Below the pieces are notes generated by a model. That model made no database searches, had not been told where the DNA came from, and was given only the letters and a program-made list of their open reading frames with translations. Source: Rhodospirillales bacterium (GTDB lineage: Bacteria; Pseudomonadota; Alphaproteobacteria; Bin95). Taken from it: 64,000 nucleotides of DNA. The stretch spans positions 1,472,894 to 1,536,893 of the forward strand of contig JAYQLI010000035.1 in assembly GCA_038143065.1 (NCBI GenBank), in the 5' to 3' direction. The position numbers and the translations under genes are program-made. The stretch's first letter is position 1, and the number at the start of each line of letters is the position of its first letter. Positions 53,095-63,643 of the stretch are shown piece after piece.

Positions 53095-54312
53095 ATGATG
53101 GAAACATCTATGCCAGCAATGCCTATGGCCGGTACGAGAGTACTTGATATAGCGACCTTCATCGCAGCGCCCATGGCTGCAGCTATTTTGGGTGAGTTCG
53201 GAGCTGATGTCATAAAAATTGAACAGCCTGGAGCTGGTGATCCCTGGAGACGTTACGGAACAAAATCTCAACGCGATGATTCAACCTTAGCTTGGCTTAC
53301 TGAGGCACGGAACAAGCGCTCTTTGACGCTAAACCTCAAATCATCTGAGGGAGCAGAGATATTCAAGCGCCTTGTAGCGGAAGCAGACGTCGTAACTGAA
53401 AACTTTCGCCCAGGCACCTTAGAAAAATGGGGCCTAGGGTATGATGTACTATCCAAAATAAATCCAAAAATTATCCTGATGCGCGTTTCTGGTTACGGCC
53501 AAACAGGGCCTTATAAAACTCGGCCTGGGTTCGCAAGGATCGCTCACGCCTTTGGAGGGCTTACACATCTTGCAGGAATGCCTGATGGACCTCCTGTTAC
53601 GCCAGGTTCAACCTCACTCGGCGACTACATGACCGGCATGTACGGAGCTATTGGAATTCTGCTTGCGTTAAAAGAACGAGACAGATCAGGCAAAGGCCAA
53701 GAAATTGACCTAGCACTTTATGAAAGCGTTTTTCGTGCTCTTGACGAGCTGGCACCAGCTTACGCAGCCACAGGATTTGTGCGTGGCCGGGAAGGAATAA
53801 GTACAGTTAATGCATGTCCCCATGGTCACTTTCAATGTGGCGACGGCAGATGGGTTGCAATTGCCTGCACCTCCGACAAGATGTTCGAACGTTTAGCTCG
53901 TGCCATGGGGAAGGAGGAACTTTCTTCACCCGACACATATGCCTCCTCAGCCCAGCGCTTAGCTGACAGGGATACAGTAGAAGGCCTCGTCTCAAAGTGG
54001 ACAGGGTCAATGGCGAGAGAAGAGGTCATAGAAATCTGCGTGGAAAATGAAGTTCCAATAGGAGCTGTCAACGCGATAAACGAAATCTTCGATGACCCGC
54101 ACTTTCAGGCGCGCGGCAATCTAGAAACAATCAGCGACCCTGAGGCAGGACAAGTTACCATTCCTGCCGTCATCCCTAGGCTTTCCCGCACACCGGGAAA
54201 GGTCATAAACTTGGGTCCCGCACTTGGAAATGCAAACAAAAGCGTGCTTGAAGACCTTCTGGGCTTTAGTGCCGAGCAAGTACTAGAATTGAAATCGAAA
54301 GGAGTAGTTTAG
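53095..54312 (+). CDS. Family III CoA-transferase (CaiB/BaiF)
   Basis: RVLD...IAAP...GA.VIKIE, RNKRS, ENFRPG, SGYGQTGP and the catalytic-Asp motif LGDY..G. Confidence 0.93.
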   Translation: MMETSMPAMPMAGTRVLDIATFIAAPMAAAILGEFGADVIKIEQPGAGDPWRRYGTKSQRDDSTLAWLTEARNKRSLTLNLKSSEGAEIFKRLVAEADVVTENFRPGTLEKWGLGYDVLSKINPKIILMRVSGYGQTGPYKTRPGFARIAHAFGGLTHLAGMPDGPPVTPGSTSLGDYMTGMYGAIGILLALKERDRSGKGQEIDLALYESVFRALDELAPAYAATGFVRGREGISTVNACPHGHFQCGDGRWVAIACTSDKMFERLARAMGKEELSSPDTYASSAQRLADRDTVEGLVSKWTGSMAREEVIEICVENEVPIGAVNAINEIFDDPHFQARGNLETISDPEAGQVTIPAVIPRLSRTPGKVINLGPALGNANKSVLEDLLGFSAEQVLELKSKGVV

Positions 54313-54319
54313 AGCGTAA

Positions 54320-55955
54320 TCAAAGATCTTTCGCACGCTCTCGCAAAACAAACTTTTGCACCTTTCCAGTAGAGGTCTTGGGCAGTGGCCCGAAAACCAC
54401 ACGCTTTGGGACTTTAAAACTAGCCATATTATCGCGGCAAAATTGAATGACTTCAGCCTCTGAAGGTTCTTCTGCTCCATCTTTTATCTCTAAAAATGCA
54501 CATGGGGTTTCGCCCCAGCGCTCATCTGGTCGCGCAACAACAGCTGCCTCCGCTACCGCAGGATGGCGGTAAAGTGTCTGTTCGACCTCCACTGAAGAGA
54601 TATTTTCTCCACCTGAGATAATAATATCTTTGGAGCGATCTTTGAGGGCAATATAACCATCATCGTGCATGACCCCAAGGTCGCCGGAATGAAACCAGCC
54701 ATCTTTGAAGGCTGCATCGGTCGAGCCAGGGTTTTTAGGTAGCCCTTCATGACGATGTTACCACGCATCATTACTTCGGCGATTGTTTCGCCGTCGTCAG
54801 GAACGACATACATTGTTTCAGGATCACGCACGCTCAAATCATCTAGTGCTGCGTAACGAACTCCCTGCCTAGCCTTTACAGCGGCCTTATCAGCAGGCGC
54901 AAGCTCATTCCATTCATCATGCCATGCGCAAACCACACTTGGACCATAGGTTTCCGTTAGACCGTAAACATGAAGAACGTCAAAGCCTTCTCTTTCCATT
55001 GCTTCAAGCGTAGATGGCGGCGGTGGAGCCGCAGCCGTCATTACTTTGACAACATGATCGAAGGGCTTTTTTTCTGATGCCTTTGCATTGGCTATCAGGT
55101 TCAGAACGATTGGAGCTCCGCACATGTGATCCACTTTGTGCTTGGCTATCGCGTCAAAAATTGCACCTGCACGAACCTGTCTCAAGCACACATTCACCCC
55201 AGCCTGTAAGGCCATTGCCCATGGAAAACACCAGCCGTTACAGTGGAACATTGGAAGTGTCCAAAGATAAACGGGGTGCTGAGGCATAGACCACGTCAGA
55301 GCATTGCACATTGAATTCAAATAGGCGCCGCGATGAGAGTAAACTACGCCCTTTGGATCACCCGTAGTACCAGAAGTGTAATTTAGAGAAATTGCGTCCC
55401 ACTCGTCAGCTGGGGCACGGTACGGGTAGTTTTCATCTCCCAACGCTAAAAACGCTTCGAAATCCATCTCCCCAATACAACTTCCGGGGCCTTCAAACTC
55501 TGGATCATCAATATCAATAACGAATGGCTGAGCCTTAGCTTTTTCAGAGCTCCTGCCATCGTTTCTGAAAATTCGCGATCCACAAACACCGCGCTTGCTT
55601 CACCGTGATCTAGGATGAAGCCAATAATTTCTGCATCAAGCCGCGTATTAATAGTGTTAATAACAGCACCAGTGAGAGGAACCCCGAAATGCAGTTCCAT
55701 CATTTCAGGTGTATTAGCGGCAAGGACAGCTACAGTGTCGCCTTTTCCGATACCTCTCTTAACCAGTGCATCAGCCAGTTTGTGACACCGCGCACGGGTT
55801 TCTCCCCAGGTCCTCTCTAATGCTCCATGAATGACAGCAGTCTTATTTGGAAAAGTCCAAGCTGCACGCTCTAAAAATTGCAGGGGCGACAGGGGCTCGA
55901 AATTAGCAGGATTGCGATCGAGGTGAAGGTCGTAAGGGCTAGGGGATTTTGGCAT
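54320..55955 (-). CDS. Acyl-CoA synthetase (DmdB/AAE-like), with frameshifts near 55541 and 54733
   Basis: [50 protein letters not shown] and PKTSTGK across three frames joined at A-runs. Confidence 0.9.
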
Positions 55956-56145
55956 AGCTGATGGTTCGCTTTGAAACTATGGACGAGTCGATAGTTTAGC
56001 AAAATTCGAACTCGTAAGGTCAAGAAACAGGAGGGCTTTCGAGTTCTAATAGGAAAGCTGATGAGATCCAGTGGAACTAAGGGTATGCTACATACAAACT
56101 GACCACGCCTGGCACTTTAATCACTAAACACCAAAAACTCCCGAG

Positions 56146-56352
56146 TCATGATTTTTTTGTATTTACACACTGCTGCCCGCGTCGCTTTAATTCTTTATTA
56201 ATTGCCAATTGTTCGCTGTGTTCGATTTTAGCAGGGGGCGCTATCACACTGCAAAGAAATGCAGTTGGGATTTCCTTCATAGGCCTTTCATTATAGGACT
56301 CAGCGTACGCAGAAGTCACAAACAGAGCGCTTATAATTAACAGAACTCGCAC
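56146..56352 (-). CDS. Small hypothetical exported protein
   Basis: GGAGGG RBS then GTG. Signal peptide VRVLLIISALFVTSAYA. Mature part of about 50 aa with two Cys. Confidence 0.5.
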   Translation of the reverse strand: MRVLLIISALFVTSAYAESYNERPMKEIPTAFLCSVIAPPAKIEHSEQLAINKELKRRGQQCVNTKKS

Positions 56353-56531
56353 CCGTCCCTCCATCCATATGAATGATGGGAAGAGTGTAGGTCTTAGGAA
56401 TAGAAGAATCAAATTTCGCAGAAAATAGCAGGATCGTTGCAGGCTTTGCCTTTCCAGTTACTTTGATCTTTTCTGTTAATGTTTAATGTTAGAATTCCCG
56501 CAGAATTGTTACTTTGCCTCTAATCCAGCGA

Positions 56532-57170
56532 TTAATGCTTGAATAAATCTTCAATCGATGGGGCTTTCTTTGCATCATCTTCTGATGTGGAGGAAGCTTC
56601 CATCCTTGCACGATCTTTGGCCTCTAGAGATTCCCGCTCTTCACTTGAGAGCTTGGAGCGCGCTTTTTCAACAGCAGTTGATAAATCCATATAGGTGCAA
56701 AGCCCAAGGTCAACCGGATGCCGTGCGTGGATATTGGCGCTATTCCAATGTGTACGATCACGAACCGCGGCTATCGTCGTTTTGGTTGTTCCTATAAGAC
56801 GCACAATTTGAGAGTCCGCGAGCTCAGAATGATTTCGAACAATCCAAGCAATGCCATCAGGTTTATCCTGACGCTTCGCTACAGGTGTATAGCGTGGCCC
56901 CTTTGTCCGTTCTGCGGCACGCGGAACATCGAGCTTAGAGAGCATCAATTTTTTTGACGGATCTTCCTCACATGCCTTTATTAATTCTCGTGAAAGCTCA
57001 CCGGAAGCAAGTGGATCACGGCCCTTGATACCTTGACCAATATCACCATCAGCCAGTGCCTGTACTTCTAACGGGTGCAAGCTACAAAACTCACCAACCT
57101 GCTCAAAGGTCAGCGTAGTGTTATCGATTAACCAGACTGCAGTCGCCTGAGGCATTAATGGACCGGGCAT
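56532..57170 (-). CDS. trcR: DUF1013 cell-cycle transcriptional regulator TrcR
   Basis: PLMP.ATAVWLIDNT.LTF.Q...FC.LH.LEV, KGPRYTPV..RQDKPD.I.W and GTTK.TI..VR.R.HWN. Confidence 0.88.
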   Translation of the reverse strand: MPGPLMPQATAVWLIDNTTLTFEQVGEFCSLHPLEVQALADGDIGQGIKGRDPLASGELSRELIKACEEDPSKKLMLSKLDVPRAAERTKGPRYTPVAKRQDKPDGIAWIVRNHSELADSQIVRLIGTTKTTIAAVRDRTHWNSANIHARHPVDLGLCTYMDLSTAVEKARSKLSSEERESLEAKDRARMEASSTSEDDAKKAPSIEDLFKH

Positions 57171-57400
57171 CAGGTAGGCACTCCTTCTTGGAGAGGTAAG
57201 ATTTTAAAAACAGCTACTTCCATACACCACGAATAGGACGCGATGTAAGGCTAATCACTGAACCGAAGTTATGAGATTCGCCTAGTTATGGCGATTGCCG
57301 CAGAAAAATCAAAGGCTTTTACAATTCAATCCCCGTTTTCCACTCGTTTAAACAAAAAAGTGACATTGCGCCCAACGTCCCTACAAGTAGAGTGCAGACC

Positions 57401-58888
57401 ATGAATGACGCACTCGAAATAGCTTCAATTTCACCTTCCGCTTCCGGAGAGATAACGCCTGCTCGTTCGCTTCCCGCTGACGTTGAAGTGGAAATGGCGC
57501 TGCTTGGCACTCTCCTGGTGAACAACAGTGCATTCGATCGAGTTGCAGACATAATTGACGCTGATTCATTCGCCGATTCTGCTCATCAAAGAATATTTTC
57601 AGCAATGCAGCGTCTGGTCGAGGCCGGCCGCCAGGCAACCCCAACAACGCTACGCCGCCAATTTGAAAACGATGAAACGTTATCAGACCTTGGTGGGGCC
57701 AGATACCTAGCAGAATTAGCTGCAGGCGCCGCTAATATAATTGATGCTGCAGACTACGCCCGACTTGTGCATGATCTGCACATACGCCGACAGCTTATTG
57801 AAATTGGCACAGACACCGTCAACGAAGCTTATGGGGCAGACCCCGATTTAGACGGTGAAGTCCTAATTGAAACTACTGAACAGCGCCTCTTCGAGTTGGC
57901 GGAAACTGGAAAAGTGGATGCCGGGTTTCAGTCTTTCAGCAATACCTTGGCTGCTGCGATCGAAATGGCAGAAAGTGCATTTGCGCGCGAGGGCAAATTA
58001 ACCGGCACCCCCACAGGTTTTCGCCGTCTCAATGAACTTCTTGGAGGTCTTCAAAAGTCAGATCTCTTAATCCTCGCTGGCAGGCCGGGTATGGGAAAGA
58101 GTTCACTTGCAGTCAACATCGCCTTCAACGCCGCAAAGGCGCAAGTTTTAGATGGCGAAAAGCAGCGCGGGCACGTGGTTGCTCTTTTTTCCTTAGAGAT
58201 GTCGTCGGAGCAGCTTGCTCTTCGTATCCTTGCCGAAGAGACGGGGGTGCCGTCTGATAAGATAAGAAGAGGCGAGATTGATCAGCATGACTTTGACAAG
58301 GTTTTCCAGGCGTCAGAAGATCTAGCTCGGCTTGGTATTTTCATGGATGACACTCCAGCAATAAGCATTACGTCTTTACGAACACGAGCCAGGCGCCTTC
58401 TACGCACTGAAAAACGATTAGACCTTATCGTTGTAGATTATCTACAGCTAATGCAGCCGCCACGAACAGTCCGTACTGACAATCGCGTGCAGGAAATCTC
58501 TGAGATTACGCGTGGTCTTAAGGCTATTGCCAAGGAATTAAACGTTCCTGTTCTGGCTCTATCCCAGCTTTCAAGGGCGGTCGAACAACGGGAAGATAAA
58601 CGTCCTCAGCTTGCTGATCTTCGAGAGTCGGGTTCTATTGAACAAGACGCTGATGTAGTGATGTTTATCTACCGTGATGACTACTATCTGCAACGCAAAG
58701 AACCGCCTGAAGGTTCTGAGGAACATGTACAATGGCAGTCCGAAATGGAGCGTGTGCATGGAAAAGCCGAAGTTATAATTGCTAAGCAAAGGCATGGACC
58801 AACAGATAAGGTTGAACTAGCATTCGATGGCGCTAGGACTAAGTTTAGTGATCTTGAAACCCATGGCGGCGACTATCCTGACTTCTAA
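57401..58888 (+). CDS. dnaB: Replicative DNA helicase
   Basis: AGRPGMGKS, FSLEMS, VDYLQL, LSQLSR and DLRESGSIEQDAD. No intein seen. Confidence 0.97.
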   Translation: MNDALEIASISPSASGEITPARSLPADVEVEMALLGTLLVNNSAFDRVADIIDADSFADSAHQRIFSAMQRLVEAGRQATPTTLRRQFENDETLSDLGGARYLAELAAGAANIIDAADYARLVHDLHIRRQLIEIGTDTVNEAYGADPDLDGEVLIETTEQRLFELAETGKVDAGFQSFSNTLAAAIEMAESAFAREGKLTGTPTGFRRLNELLGGLQKSDLLILAGRPGMGKSSLAVNIAFNAAKAQVLDGEKQRGHVVALFSLEMSSEQLALRILAEETGVPSDKIRRGEIDQHDFDKVFQASEDLARLGIFMDDTPAISITSLRTRARRLLRTEKRLDLIVVDYLQLMQPPRTVRTDNRVQEISEITRGLKAIAKELNVPVLALSQLSRAVEQREDKRPQLADLRESGSIEQDADVVMFIYRDDYYLQRKEPPEGSEEHVQWQSEMERVHGKAEVIIAKQRHGPTDKVELAFDGARTKFSDLETHGGDYPDF

Positions 58889-59969
58889 TCAAGCGTCCGG
58901 TGTTCTCACCGTTGACCTTGCCGCCATTCAAGCGAATTGGAAATTACTTGCTAGCCTATCAAATCCTGCAGAGACAGGGGCGGTAGTAAAGTCAAATGCC
59001 TACGGCCTTGGCGTTACTCAAGTGGCAAAATCTCTTTGGGAAATTGGCGCTCGACGTTTCTATGTTGCACAAATTGATGAAGGCATAGAACTAAGGCAAA
59101 TATTGCCACATGCGCAAATTGTTGTTCTATCCCCCATGTTACCAGAGGGACTTGAAGCGGCTAGTGCTGCTGAACTTGTAGTTACGCTCAACAATGAAGA
59201 GGCGCTGAGCTATTGGAGGGAAGCAACCAATCTTCCTGAAGCTAATATTCACTTCGATACTGGAATTACACGGCTGGGATTTGATGACACATCGATAGAC
59301 GGAATGTGGCGCGACTTGAGCTCTGAAGAACAATCGAAAGTCGAGGAATTTTCAAGCCATTTGGCCTGTGCTGATGAACCTTCCCATCAAATTAACAAAA
59401 TTCAACTCAATCGTTTTGAAAAGGCAACTAGCGGACTACCTTCAGCTATGCGCAGAAGCCTTGCCAACTCAAGTGGTGTTTTCATGGGAGGATCATTTCT
59501 CCAGAACTCTGTCAGACCAGGTATGGCACTTTATGGCCTCAACCCAACTCCAGATAAACTCAACCCAATGCAGCGTGCAGTAACACTAAATGTGCGGATC
59601 CTTCAGATCCGACGATTAACGCGACAAGAAAGTGTCGGGTATGGAGCGACTGCAATAGCTAAAGCGGGCTCTTTGATAGCTACGCTAGGTGCAGGATATG
59701 CTGACGGACTAGCTCGATCTTTAAGTGGAGTAGGCAGTGTCTTCATTTGTAATGAACCAGCGCCTATCATAGGGCGAGTATCAATGGATTTGATTGCGGT
59801 TGACGTGAGCCACATACCCGAACGATTGCTGGATAAAACTACCTACGCAGAGATCATAGGCGAGAAACAGTCAGCTGATGAACTCGCAACCTCTGGTGGC
59901 ACCATTGGTTATGAAATTCTCACGAGTATTGGCCGCCGTTACGCCCGTATTTATAAAGGCGCAATATGA
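58863..59969 (+). CDS. alr: Alanine racemase
   Basis: AVVKSNAYG (PLP Lys), DTG..RLG, SHLACAD, RPG.ALYG, GYADG, GRVSMD and TIGYE. Confidence 0.95.
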   Translation: MAATILTSNQASGVLTVDLAAIQANWKLLASLSNPAETGAVVKSNAYGLGVTQVAKSLWEIGARRFYVAQIDEGIELRQILPHAQIVVLSPMLPEGLEAASAAELVVTLNNEEALSYWREATNLPEANIHFDTGITRLGFDDTSIDGMWRDLSSEEQSKVEEFSSHLACADEPSHQINKIQLNRFEKATSGLPSAMRRSLANSSGVFMGGSFLQNSVRPGMALYGLNPTPDKLNPMQRAVTLNVRILQIRRLTRQESVGYGATAIAKAGSLIATLGAGYADGLARSLSGVGSVFICNEPAPIIGRVSMDLIAVDVSHIPERLLDKTTYAEIIGEKQSADELATSGGTIGYEILTSIGRRYARIYKGAI

Positions 59970-60739
59970 GGCTACTTTCCGGAATAGGCAGCGTTGTACT
60001 AAATTTTCTAGCAGCTACAGGACGCGTGGCAGTTTTCGCTGGTAGTGGCCTTTCGCATTGTCTTCGCCCTCCTTTTCATGGCAAGCAAATACTTCGCCAG
60101 TTGATAGAAGTTGGTTTCTACTGCTTACCTGTAGTTGCACTCACAACACTGTTTTCCGGCATGGTGCTTGCACTTCAAAGCTACACTGGCTTTGCTCGGT
60201 TTTCTGCCGAAAGCGCGGTTGCTAATGTGGTTGTTCTTTCCATGACACGTGAGCTCGCCCCGGTATTAGCCGGCCTAATGGTTGCAGGTCGCATCGGAGC
60301 GTCAATGGCTGCCGAAATTGGAACCATGCGCGTTACAGAACAGATCGATGCACTTTCAACACTCTCGACGCATCCAATGAAATATCTAGTTGTTCCGAGA
60401 ATAATTGCCGGCTTAACCATGCTTCCCATTCTGGTGCTCATAGGGGATATCATAGGAGTGATGGGCGGCTATCTTGTCGGTGTATACAGGCTTGGGTTCA
60501 ATGCCGTTGGATACATTGAGCAAACTTGGAACTTTATTGAAACTTTGGATGTAGTTTCGGGGTTGGTTAAAGCTGCAGTCTTTGGTTTTATTGTGACACT
60601 CATGGGTTGTTACCACGGATATATGAGCCGCGGGGGAGCGCAGGGAGTTGGAATAGCAACCACCAACGCTGTTGTCTCTTCTGCTATTCTAATCCTGGTA
60701 GCAAATTACGTAATTACCGAGAGCTTCTTCTCCAAATGA
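59966..60739 (+). CDS. mlaE: MlaE family ABC transporter permease
   Basis: RELAPVL.GLMVAGR.GA..AAEIGTMRVTEQIDAL and GA.GVG.ATT.AVV. Confidence 0.92.
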   Translation: MRLLSGIGSVVLNFLAATGRVAVFAGSGLSHCLRPPFHGKQILRQLIEVGFYCLPVVALTTLFSGMVLALQSYTGFARFSAESAVANVVVLSMTRELAPVLAGLMVAGRIGASMAAEIGTMRVTEQIDALSTLSTHPMKYLVVPRIIAGLTMLPILVLIGDIIGVMGGYLVGVYRLGFNAVGYIEQTWNFIETLDVVSGLVKAAVFGFIVTLMGCYHGYMSRGGAQGVGIATTNAVVSSAILILVANYVITESFFSK

Positions 60740-61509
60740 TTGATAAGTCGAAAATTGTCTGGCGTGACGTCCATTTGGCGTTTGCGGAGAAGCAAGTTCT
60801 TCGAGGCATCAACTTAAATGTTCTGGAAGGCGAGTCCTTAGTCGTGATTGGAGGGTCGGGCTCAGGTAAATCTGTACTAATCAAATCTGTCCTGGGAATT
60901 ACAAAACCTGACAGAGGTGAAGTCATAGTTGATAGCCAAAATATCGTTGGCTGCTCCTCCCACGAGCGGGATGCCGTCAATTCAAAAATTGGCATGCTAT
61001 TTCAAGGAGGTGCTCTCTTCGACAGTATTTCCGTATGGAAAAATGTTGCCTTCGGTTTAATGCAAACGGGCTCTGCCCGAGGCACCACAGCTCGATCTCG
61101 CGCAATAGAAGTGCTAGGGCGAGTCGGACTTGATAAAACGGTTGCTGACCTTTCCCCATCAGAATTATCCGGGGGCATGCAAAAGCGTGTTGCTTTAGCG
61201 CGCGCAATCATAGATGAGCCCGAAATCATCTTTTTTGACGAGCCGACGACTGGTCTTGATCCCATCATGAGTGACGTAATCAACCAACTTATTATTTCTT
61301 GTGTGCGAGATCTTGGAGCAACAGCAGTTACCATTACTCATGATATGAGAAGCGCGCGCACAATCGCGGACAAGGTCGCGATGCTATACCAAGGTCAGAT
61401 CATTTGGCACGAGCCAGTCAGCCAACTCGACAATCCCGGGAACGACTATGTCGATCAATTTGTCCATGGTCGCGGAGAAGGCCCTATTCAAATGACAATT
61501 CGGCAGTAG
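60736..61509 (+). CDS. mlaF: MlaF family ABC transporter ATP-binding protein
   Basis: GGSGSGKS, LFQGGALFDS, LSGGMQKRV, FDEPTTGLDP and ITHD. Confidence 0.92.
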   Translation: MIDKSKIVWRDVHLAFAEKQVLRGINLNVLEGESLVVIGGSGSGKSVLIKSVLGITKPDRGEVIVDSQNIVGCSSHERDAVNSKIGMLFQGGALFDSISVWKNVAFGLMQTGSARGTTARSRAIEVLGRVGLDKTVADLSPSELSGGMQKRVALARAIIDEPEIIFFDEPTTGLDPIMSDVINQLIISCVRDLGATAVTITHDMRSARTIADKVAMLYQGQIIWHEPVSQLDNPGNDYVDQFVHGRGEGPIQMTIRQ

Positions 61510-61513
61510 AAGC

Positions 61514-62946
61514 ATGGCGCGAAGCTCTTCTCGCTATGTATGCCAATCATGCGGTTCTGTCTCGGGACGCTGGTCCGGCAAGTGTGAGGCTTGTGAGGCA
61601 TGGAACTCTATTATTGAAGAAGTTGGTACAGCGAGTGCGGCCCCTATCGGCGGTACAAAGGCAACCGCAGCACGAGCTAAACTTCGAACTCCACCACTTA
61701 CACTAGAACAACTGACAGGCGGCACCCCTCCACAGCCGAGAACATCGACGGGAATCCATGAGCTTGATCGAGCTCTCGGCGGAGGCCTGGTGGCAGGAGG
61801 AGCGGTGCTCTTAGGAGGTGATCCTGGAATTGGCAAATCAACCCTCTTACTGCAGGCACTTGGTGGTGTAGCCAATGGTGGGCATGAAGTCGTCTATGTC
61901 TCTGGGGAAGAAGGGATTGACCAGATCCGTGGACGCGCTGAACGACTTGGACTGGCTAAAGCAGCCGTTGGACTCGCAACCGCCACTTCAGCAGATGCAG
62001 CTGCAGCAACAATCAAAGCCAACAGAGGCTTAAAACTAATTGTAATAGACTCAATCCAAACGATGTATGCAGAAGGCGTAGAGTCAGCGCCCGGATCTGT
62101 GGCTCAAGTTCGAGCATCGGCGCAGGTTTTAATCACAGCTGCCAAACAATCAAATGCCGCTCTTATCCTAGTTGGCCATGTCACCAAGGATGGGGCTATC
62201 GCAGGCCCACGCGTACTCGAACACATGGTTGATGCCGTCCTTTATTTTGAAGGCGACGCAAGCCAGCACTACCGGATACTTCGCGCCGTCAAGAACCGAT
62301 TTGGACCAGCAGATGCGCTAGGTGTGTTTGAAATGACGGGGCTTGGTCTCAAGGAAGTACCTAATCCATCCACTCTATTCCTGGCAGAGCGCCAAGACCG
62401 AGATCCCGTAACTGGCGCGGCGGTTTTCGCTGGGTTCCGCGGAGCCCGTCCTCTATTAGTTGAAGTCCAGGCCCTAGTAGGAAACCCTAGCCCCGCCTCT
62501 CCCAGACGTGCTGTGGTCGGCTGGGACTCAGCGCGATTAGCCATGACCCTAGCTGTTCTAGAAAGTCGTGCAGGCCTCCCTTTTCTGGACGGGATGTATT
62601 CCTATCAGTTGCTGGTGGATTAAAACTAGAAGAGCCGGCAGCAGATCTAGCCGCAGCTGCTGCGCTTGTGTCTGCACTATTAGAACGACCAGTTCCAAAT
62701 GAGTCAGTTTTCTATGGGGAACTCGCTTTATCCGGTGAAGTGCGCCCCGCTCCACAGGCCAAATCTCGCCTGGATGAAGCTGAACGTCTCGGTTTTAGCG
62801 AAGCAGCCGTACCTGGTGATGCCAAATCTTCAAAACTCCGTATCACTAAAATCAATAGAATAGATAAATTAGTTCAATTGATTGCAGCGCAGCCCTTGCT
62901 TAAAGCTCCGAAAACATCAGATTGGAATGATCGCTACGATGACTAA
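61514..62946 (+). CDS. radA: DNA repair protein RadA/Sms, with a frameshift near 62582
   Basis: C4 zinc finger, GDPGIGKST and KNRFG. Lon-like C-terminus (DVFLSVAGG...EPAADLA...GELALSGEVR) in the shifted frame. Confidence 0.96.
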
Positions 62947-62963
62947 CAATCGATTCGGAGCCA

Positions 62964-63619
62964 ATGTATAGCGACCTCCACACCCTTGACTTGGTTGTTG
63001 CCGCAATAGTGCTGCTAAGCGGGGTTCTTGCATTTATGCACGGGCTTCTCCGCGAGGTACTTGGAATCGGTGTTTGGATCGGAGCAAGCGCAAGCTCGGT
63101 TGCTTTTTATTCAGTGGCTCGAGAACCTGTTGGTCTCTATATACCCTCCCCTCTAGTAGCTGATGCTGCAGCCGGCGCACTGTTATTCATTGGAACGTTT
63201 CTTATTCTTGCAATAGTAAGCCGCGCGATCTCTCGTGCATTTGAGAGTGGTGACGGTCTTGGAGCAATAAATCGATCTTTAGGCCTGATGTTTGGCCTGG
63301 CTCGCGGTGCAATTATTGTGGTGGTGGCTTATCTAGCACTTGCATGGACAATTCCTGAACGTGACCATCCCGAATGGGTAACTGAGGCAAAAACAATGCC
63401 TTTGATTAAAGAAGCATCAGCAATGCTTGAGCAAGCCCTGCCCGAAGAATGGCGAGCAAAAGGTAAAGACGCTGCTGATAACGCAAAAGAGACTGCTGAT
63501 AACAAATTGCTTGAGGGACTAATTGCACCTAAAGCGATTTCTAAGAAAAAAATGATGAGAGCGGCTACAACGCTAAAGAACGCAACGCAATGGACCAGCT
63601 AATTCGAGATGCGAAATGA
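62964..63619 (+). CDS. cvpA: CvpA family membrane protein, with a probable frameshift in the A-run near 63546
   Basis: D......S....GL.RE and NRSLG..FG.ARG. Lies between radA and purF. Shifted tail GYN..ER..MDQLI ends at TGA 63619. Confidence 0.9.
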
Positions 63620-63643
63620 GCTTATTCGCCGGAGACAAATCTG

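Noticed and set aside
59966-61509. mlaE-mlaF without mlaD
   Set aside because: The dnaB-alr-mlaE-mlaF-radA-cvpA-purF order with mlaD elsewhere is common in Alphaproteobacteria.
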